This document shows positions 58,487 through 64,000 of a stretch of 64,000 nucleotides of DNA, one piece after another. The stretch comes from Rickettsiales bacterium (GTDB lineage: Bacteria; Pseudomonadota; Alphaproteobacteria; Rickettsiales; SXRF01), in NCBI GenBank assembly GCA_021299465.1, contig JAJTHB010000005.1, positions 254,971-318,970 on the forward strand, given 5' to 3'. The notes beneath the pieces were generated by a model. It saw only the letters and a list, made by a program, of their open reading frames with translations. It did no database searches and was not told where the DNA came from. The position numbers were made by a program, and so were the translations under genes. Positions within the stretch are counted from its first letter, which is position 1. Each line of letters starts with the position of its first letter.

Positions 58487-59854
58487 TCATCCTTTCTGTT
58501 TTTTTAGTGTCTCGGCAATGAGAAATGCAAGTTCTAGCGACTGCGAAGCATTAAGTCTAGGGTCGCAATGCGTGTGATAGCGGTCGGAGAGGTTCACTTC
58601 AGAAATGGCCTGAGCACCGCCGAGGCACTCAGTAACATCCTGCCCGGTCATTTCAAAATGCACGCCGCCAGCGAAAGTTCCTTCGGCCTTGTGAATCGCA
58701 AAAAACTGGCGAACTTCGGCGAGAATATCGGTGAATTTTCGGGTTTTGTAGCCGTTGGGTGATTTGATGGTGTTGCCGTGCATCGGGTCACACGCCCACA
58801 CCACCTGCCGACCATTTTCTTTAATCGCGCGCACCAGCGGCGGCAGTAGCTCACCCACTTTGGCCGAACCCATGCGCGAAATCAGTGTCAGGCGGCCAGG
58901 CTCGTTCTCAGGGTTTAAGATATCGCAGAGTTTCAGCAGGCCATCCACTATCATGCTCGGGCCTACCTTCATACCGATGGGGTTCGCAATACCACGCATG
59001 AACTCCACATGCGCCTCATCGGGCGAGCGGGTGCGATCACCGATCCACAGCATATGGGCGGAGCAAGCATAAAATTTTCCATCCGCCTCGGAGCGGCGGG
59101 TGAGGGCGGATTCATAGCCAAGCAGCAACGCCTCGTGCGAGGTGAAGAAACTGGCTTCAGAAAACTGCTCCACCTCATCAATCGGCAGGCGGCAGGCGCG
59201 AATGAAGTTGATGCATTCGTTAATGCGATCGATCAGCTCCTGAAAGCGCTTGCCTTGCGCGGAGCTTTTGGCGAATTCCATGTTCCAGTCATTAATGCGT
59301 GGTAGCGCGGCATAACCACCGCGAGCGAGCGTACGCAGGTAGTTCAGCGTGGCCGAGCCTTGGTAGTATGCACGCAGCAAGCGCTCTGGGTCCGGCGCGC
59401 GCGTGGATTCTTCAAACTCCATGCCGTTCACCATATCACCGCGATAGCTTGGCAATTCTTGATCACCCTTTTTTTCAAATGGATCGCTGCGTGGTTTTGA
59501 AAATTGCCCTGCGATGCGGCCGACTTTCACCACCGGACAGCCCGCGCCATACATCAGCGCCATGGTCATTTGCAGCAGCACTCGGAAAAACGAGCGCAAA
59601 TTTTCCTCAGAAAACTCAGCAAAACTCTCGGCGCAGTCCCCGCCCTGTAGCAAAAAAGCTTTACCCTGCGCCACATCCGCCAGCTCGCGCTTTAAGCTGC
59701 GCGCTTCAGTGGGCGAGGCAAGCGCGGGCAGGCCGCGCAGCGTTTCTTCCACTTCTCTCAGCTGGGCAGCATCAGGATAGCTCGGCTGCTGCTTGATAGG
59801 AAGCGTGCGCCAGCTATCGGGATTCCAAGTTTTTTGTGTCGTTTGCTTTGTCAT
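58487..59854 (-). CDS. Class II DAHP synthase
   Basis: [43 protein letters not shown]. Confidence 0.96.
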   Translation of the reverse strand: MTKQTTQKTWNPDSWRTLPIKQQPSYPDAAQLREVEETLRGLPALASPTEARSLKRELADVAQGKAFLLQGGDCAESFAEFSEENLRSFFRVLLQMTMALMYGAGCPVVKVGRIAGQFSKPRSDPFEKKGDQELPSYRGDMVNGMEFEESTRAPDPERLLRAYYQGSATLNYLRTLARGGYAALPRINDWNMEFAKSSAQGKRFQELIDRINECINFIRACRLPIDEVEQFSEASFFTSHEALLLGYESALTRRSEADGKFYACSAHMLWIGDRTRSPDEAHVEFMRGIANPIGMKVGPSMIVDGLLKLCDILNPENEPGRLTLISRMGSAKVGELLPPLVRAIKENGRQVVWACDPMHGNTIKSPNGYKTRKFTDILAEVRQFFAIHKAEGTFAGGVHFEMTGQDVTECLGGAQAISEVNLSDRYHTHCDPRLNASQSLELAFLIAETLKKQKG

Positions 59855-59901
59855 AAATTTGTGCTAATCAGAGCGCTCTTATGTAGAGTTTTTGAGGGCT
59901 T

Positions 59902-60771
59902 ATGTCCAGTGCAACCGTGCTTGATCCAGAGAACACCATCGCTTTTATGGGCATGGAGGGGGCGAATGCTGATTTAGCGTGCAGGCAGGCCTGCCCATAT
60001 ATGCATACTTTGCCATGCGCAAGCTTCGAAGATGTGTTTGAGGCAGTTGCCAGCGGCAAGGCACAGCTGGGGATGATCCCGATTGAAAATTCGCAGGCTG
60101 GCCGCGTTGCTGAGATACACCAGCTGCTTCCACGCACCAACCTGCATATCATCGGCGAGTATTTCCAACCGATTGAACACCAGCTGCTTGCTCCAAAAGG
60201 CGCCACGATGGAGTCGGTCAAGGATGTCTACTCCCACCCGCAGGCGCTACTTCAATGCCGCCAGAATCTTTTAAAACTAAAATACCAAGCTCACACATAT
60301 TCTAACACTGCCGCCGCCGCTGCGGATGTCGCCAAATGGAACGACACAACCAAAGCTGCGATTGCCTCACCGCTGGCGGCAGAGCTTTATGGCCTGAGCG
60401 TCCTCAAAGAACATTTGCAGGATTCAGATAATAATACGACCGTTTTTGTAATTATCGCGCGTGAGCCGGTTGACCCCCAGCCCAAAGAAGGTGAGGTGAT
60501 TCTTACCACGCTACTCTTTACCATCCGCAACATTCCGGCGGCTTTATACAAAGCGATGGGCGGCTTCGCGACCAATGGCGTGAATATGCTCAAGCTTGAA
60601 AGCTATATTCCCGCCGGCCAGAAGCGGGAGGCCGCGCAGTTTTTCCTCACCGTCGAGGGGCACCCGTCCGACACCCCACTTAAGAATGCGCTCGAAGAGC
60701 TTGGCTTTTTCTGCAAAAAAGTGCAGGTGCTGGGGGTATACCCGGCCGATCCATCACGTTTTCAGAGCTGA
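59902..60771 (+). CDS. pheA: Prephenate dehydratase (monofunctional)
   Basis: IPIENS, SHPQALLQC, ACT domain with GGFATNGVNMLKLESY. Confidence 0.93.
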   Translation: MSSATVLDPENTIAFMGMEGANADLACRQACPYMHTLPCASFEDVFEAVASGKAQLGMIPIENSQAGRVAEIHQLLPRTNLHIIGEYFQPIEHQLLAPKGATMESVKDVYSHPQALLQCRQNLLKLKYQAHTYSNTAAAAADVAKWNDTTKAAIASPLAAELYGLSVLKEHLQDSDNNTTVFVIIAREPVDPQPKEGEVILTTLLFTIRNIPAALYKAMGGFATNGVNMLKLESYIPAGQKREAAQFFLTVEGHPSDTPLKNALEELGFFCKKVQVLGVYPADPSRFQS

Positions 60772-61377
60772 TTACTCTCTACCAATCTGCCGATTAATCA
60801 TGGCTTTCAGCGGCGAATCGTCCGGCAACGAGCGGTAGAGGCTTTGCATATCTTTCATGGCGGTTTCGCCTTCGCCATCCTGCACGCGGCGCACAATCAG
60901 CCAGTAGCGCGCCTCCTTATGCTCAGGCTTTTGTAGCAGCACCATCTCTAAGCTTTTTTTGCTTGCGTCGTTCACCTTGCCATCGTCCGCTGCAATGGTG
61001 GCTTTGGCATAAGCCATAATGACATCCGGCGCGCCATTCGTAAGCAATACCGCCTGTTTAAAGGCATTTGCCGCGGCACCATATTGCCCCGTTTGCATGA
61101 AAGCGGTACCGAGCCTGATCCATGCCGCAACATCTTTAGTATCACGCTTGACCTGCCCGGAATCTTCCTGAATCTGGATGCGCAGTTCGGCAAGGCGCTG
61201 GTTTCGTTCCTTCATTAAAGGTATGATGTCTGGCTTACCGATTGTCAGATATATCCCAAAACTTGAGGCGATCATAAACAATAGAAGCCACGCCCCTGGC
61301 GCTTTTTCTTTACGCAAAGGCCATAGCAGCAATAAGGAAGCGGCAACTACGATGAAAAAAAGAATAATATATAGCAT
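60772..61377 (-). CDS. ccmI: Cytochrome c biogenesis TPR protein CcmI/CycH-like
   Basis: Two N-terminal TM segments plus TPR; position in the ccm operon. Confidence 0.75.
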   Translation of the reverse strand: MLYIILFFIVVAASLLLLWPLRKEKAPGAWLLLFMIASSFGIYLTIGKPDIIPLMKERNQRLAELRIQIQEDSGQVKRDTKDVAAWIRLGTAFMQTGQYGAAANAFKQAVLLTNGAPDVIMAYAKATIAADDGKVNDASKKSLEMVLLQKPEHKEARYWLIVRRVQDGEGETAMKDMQSLYRSLPDDSPLKAMINRQIGRE

Positions 61378-61766
61378 CAAGCCCGCGACTTACGAAAAAA
61401 ACGCAGCATAAACCAGCATGCCAGCGTAAATATAATCAAGGGCCCAAACCATAGCAGGTAGGTGGTTGGTTTGAATGGAGGGCTCATTAGGATAAAATCA
61501 CCATAGCGCGACACAAGAAATGTTTTCACTTCATCATCACTCATCCCGCTTGCAATTTGATCACGGATTGCAAGACGCATGGTTTTTGCCATATCAGATG
61601 GCGAGTCTGCCAGTGGCTCACTTTGGCATACCACACAGCGAATTTCATGAAACAATGCTTTGGCCCGCGCTTCCTGCGCGGGATCGGCAAGCGGCGTATC
61701 GACAGTAAGGGCCATCACCGACACCGGCAGTAAAATCATCAAAATACAATAGAAGAAGACTCTCAC
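61377..61766 (-). CDS. ccmH: Cytochrome c biogenesis protein CcmH/CycL
   Basis: IRCVVCQ, RYGDFILMSPP. Confidence 0.93.
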   Translation of the reverse strand: MRVFFYCILMILLPVSVMALTVDTPLADPAQEARAKALFHEIRCVVCQSEPLADSPSDMAKTMRLAIRDQIASGMSDDEVKTFLVSRYGDFILMSPPFKPTTYLLWFGPLIIFTLACWFMLRFFRKSRA

Positions 61767-62308
61767 CGCTCAGTCCGCAACTTCTGCACGGCCGGAATGA
61801 TTTCTTTTTGAATAATATCGGCAGTGAGATTGGAGCGGTAAACATAGCGTATGCGGCCCTTACTGTCGATGATGTAGGTCTCCGGAACCCCCATCACACC
61901 GAGCGCGATGCTACTCTTGCCTGATACATCAAGACCAACCATGCGGTAAGGATTGCCGCGCTCTTTAAGCCAGCGCATGACATTTTCACGACTATCGCGC
62001 CAGGCAATGCCATGAAGTTCCACTTGGCCGCTGGCGTAAAGTTTCATCAGTTCAGGATGTTCAATAATACAAGGCTTGCACCATGTCGCAAAAATATTCA
62101 GCACAATGATTCTGTTGCGCCAATTATCTGTTGTAAAGCGAGATGCATCGCCCATCACCATGGGCATATCAAAAAAAGCAACCTGCTTGCCTAACATTGG
62201 TGAAGGTGCACGTGCAGGATCCATCCGCCCCCAAAGCCCAAGCCCGCCGAGTATGATGACCAGCATCAGGATGATAAGCGGAAGAAAGCGAAGGTAAATG
62301 CGGTTCAT
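61763..62308 (-). CDS. ccmG: Thiol:disulfide interchange protein CcmG/DsbE
   Basis: FATWCKPCIIEHP, GVMGVPETY. Confidence 0.93.
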   Translation of the reverse strand: MNRIYLRFLPLIILMLVIILGGLGLWGRMDPARAPSPMLGKQVAFFDMPMVMGDASRFTTDNWRNRIIVLNIFATWCKPCIIEHPELMKLYASGQVELHGIAWRDSRENVMRWLKERGNPYRMVGLDVSGKSSIALGVMGVPETYIIDSKGRIRYVYRSNLTADIIQKEIIPAVQKLRTER

Positions 62309-64000
62309 GGATAGTTACGCCTTAATGAAATAAAACCAGCCATGCCAATTAACACAAATCCGATCCAAATAAAACTGATCATTGGCACGTAGTAGGCCCG
62401 CAAGGCGAGCTTGCCATCTTGTTGTTTTTCTCCAGCAACCACATAGAGATCATAGAAAAACGTACCATAAAGCGATGCTTCGCTGGTGGTCGCGCCACGA
62501 ATATCGTAGGTGCGATATTCCGGGTATAGTTTGATCACCGCTTCATTGCTGCCGTAATTAGCGCTGATATGGCCACGTATGGCGCTGTAGTTAGGCATAC
62601 GCAGATCTTCAATCTTATCGAGCGTCATCGTATAACCACCAATTTCAACAGACTCACCTACGGCTAGGCTGCGCTCAATATTGACTTTCCATAGGGAGGC
62701 GCCGGTGATGCCGGCCACCATGATGGCAGCGCCAGCATGACCAAGAAACACAGCCCAGCGACCATCCACGTTGCTTGATTGCTTGAGCCATTTGAGGCTT
62801 CCAACAAAAAGCCACACGGATAGGCCAAACCCGAATACAGCGTAGGGAACATGCGATGACACACTCACCAGAACCAAAACCACAGCGACCATGGCAGCAA
62901 GCAGTGCAGGGCGGCATCGTTTTAGGGATTCTCTTATATTGGCTTTTTTCCATGGCATGAAAGGCACCAGCGCCGCAAATAGTAATGCAATCGACATAAT
63001 CGGCAGGAAGGTCGCATTAAAGTAAGGCGCACCAACGGTTAGCCTCGCGCCGCTGATCCATTCGGCAACTAACGGATACATCGTGCCAAGCACAACTGTA
63101 GCGCAGGCAGTGAGTATGAAAAGGTTATTGATGACAATCATGCCTTCGCGCGAAACGGGCGCCATTGTTTCGCTTGCTTGCAATCGCTGACCTCGAAGCG
63201 CGTATAATGCCAGAGCCGCTCCCATAACCACGGCGATATAAGCCAGAATATAAAGACCGCGCGCCGGATCATTGGCAAAGCTATGCACCGAAGTCAGCGC
63301 ACCGGAACGAACCAAAAATGTTCCAAGCAAACTAAGACCAAAGGTCAGGATAGCGAGCAGCACCACCCAAGGCGCGAGCAGGCCTCGCTTTTTTAGCACC
63401 AGATTGGAATGAAGCAGCGCGGTTGCCGAAAGCCAAGGCATGAGCGAGGCATTCTCCACTGGATCCCAAAACCACCAGCCGCCCCAGCCAAGCTCCCGAT
63501 ACGCCCACCAGCTGCCAAGGCCAATACCTAGCGTAAGTGTTGCCCATGATACCATGATCCAAGGGTGCGCCATCTGTGCCCAGCGACGCATATCCACGCT
63601 CTGCTTTTCGGGCAGCAGCATAAGCGCGACAGCTAGTGAAAATACAACCGAGAATCCGACATAGCCGAGATAGAGCATCGGCGGATGCATGGCGAGTGCG
63701 ATGTCTTGCAAGAGTGGGTTTAAAGCGAGGCCATCCGGCGGTGGCGGGAATATTCTTACAAATGGATTAGAGGTGAATAAAATAAAAATGAGTACGCCAG
63801 CAAGCAGAATGGATTGCACAATCAAAGCAAGATCACGTATCTGATTGGTTTGTTCATCACTAGAGCGCTGGAAAGCAAGCCACCAGCCAAACATCGCCAT
63901 TACCCAAGCCCAGAGCAGCATTGAGCCTTCGTGATTTCCCCAGGTGCCGGTGATCTTATAAAGCAGGGGCATAGAGAGATTTGAATGTGAAAGCACATTT
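62305..64000 (-). CDS. ccmF: Heme lyase CcmF (5' part outside the window)
   Basis: WGNHEGS, HPPMLYLGY, WAYRELGWGGWWFWDPVEN, SVHSF. Confidence 0.97.
   Translation of the reverse strand, partial: NVLSHSNLSMPLLYKITGTWGNHEGSMLLWAWVMAMFGWWLAFQRSSDEQTNQIRDLALIVQSILLAGVLIFILFTSNPFVRIFPPPPDGLALNPLLQDIALAMHPPMLYLGYVGFSVVFSLAVALMLLPEKQSVDMRRWAQMAHPWIMVSWATLTLGIGLGSWWAYRELGWGGWWFWDPVENASLMPWLSATALLHSNLVLKKRGLLAPWVVLLAILTFGLSLLGTFLVRSGALTSVHSFANDPARGLYILAYIAVVMGAALALYALRGQRLQASETMAPVSREGMIVINNLFILTACATVVLGTMYPLVAEWISGARLTVGAPYFNATFLPIMSIALLFAALVPFMPWKKANIRESLKRCRPALLAAMVAVVLVLVSVSSHVPYAVFGFGLSVWLFVGSLKWLKQSSNVDGRWAVFLGHAGAAIMVAGITGASLWKVNIERSLAVGESVEIGGYTMTLDKIEDLRMPNYSAIRGHISANYGSNEAVIKLYPEYRTYDIRGATTSEASLYGTFFYDLYVVAGEKQQDGKLALRAYYVPMISFIWIGFVLIGMAGFISLRRNYP

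Overview
A gene-dense (about 50% GC) core-chromosome segment of an alphaproteobacterium. It looks like a free-living or basal Rickettsiales-like lineage: type-2 IleRS, popZ, gapR, ntrYX, hfq, amino-acid biosynthesis genes and an orphan GFTLVELSIV prepilin-type gene (taxonomy is inference). It carries xth/ubiH, rimP-nusA-infB-rbfA-truB-rpsO-pnp, elaA-recO-parC, lepB-rnc-era, rmuC/glmU, ispDF-pgpA-pncC, dusB-(HTH)-ntrY-ntrX, ilvD, ileS-pcm-tolC-popZ, metC, argG, hfq-hflX-modA-like, tsaD/hemC, a pyrB-GT-pyrC-pyrF-GT2-waaL-GT2 cluster, a class II DAHP synthase gene with gapR, pheA, ccmFGHI, tRNA-Gly(GCC) and tRNA-Ser(GCT). No transposase, integrase, prophage or CRISPR array is seen. Four things stand out. 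(1) A LapG-like periplasmic cysteine protease is paired with a membrane sensor-PAS protein whose HD-GYP domain is catalytically dead, a candidate non-LapD c-di-GMP adhesin-release switch. (2) A stand-alone NtrC C-terminal HTH replaces ntrB-ntrC after dusB, giving a Fis-like gene. (3) Two families of short palindromic repeats have inserted in frame into ileS (twice) and recO. (4) Many genes appear to be leaderless, including an overlapping bidirectional promoter. All calls are by eye from motifs and synteny; no database searches were run.
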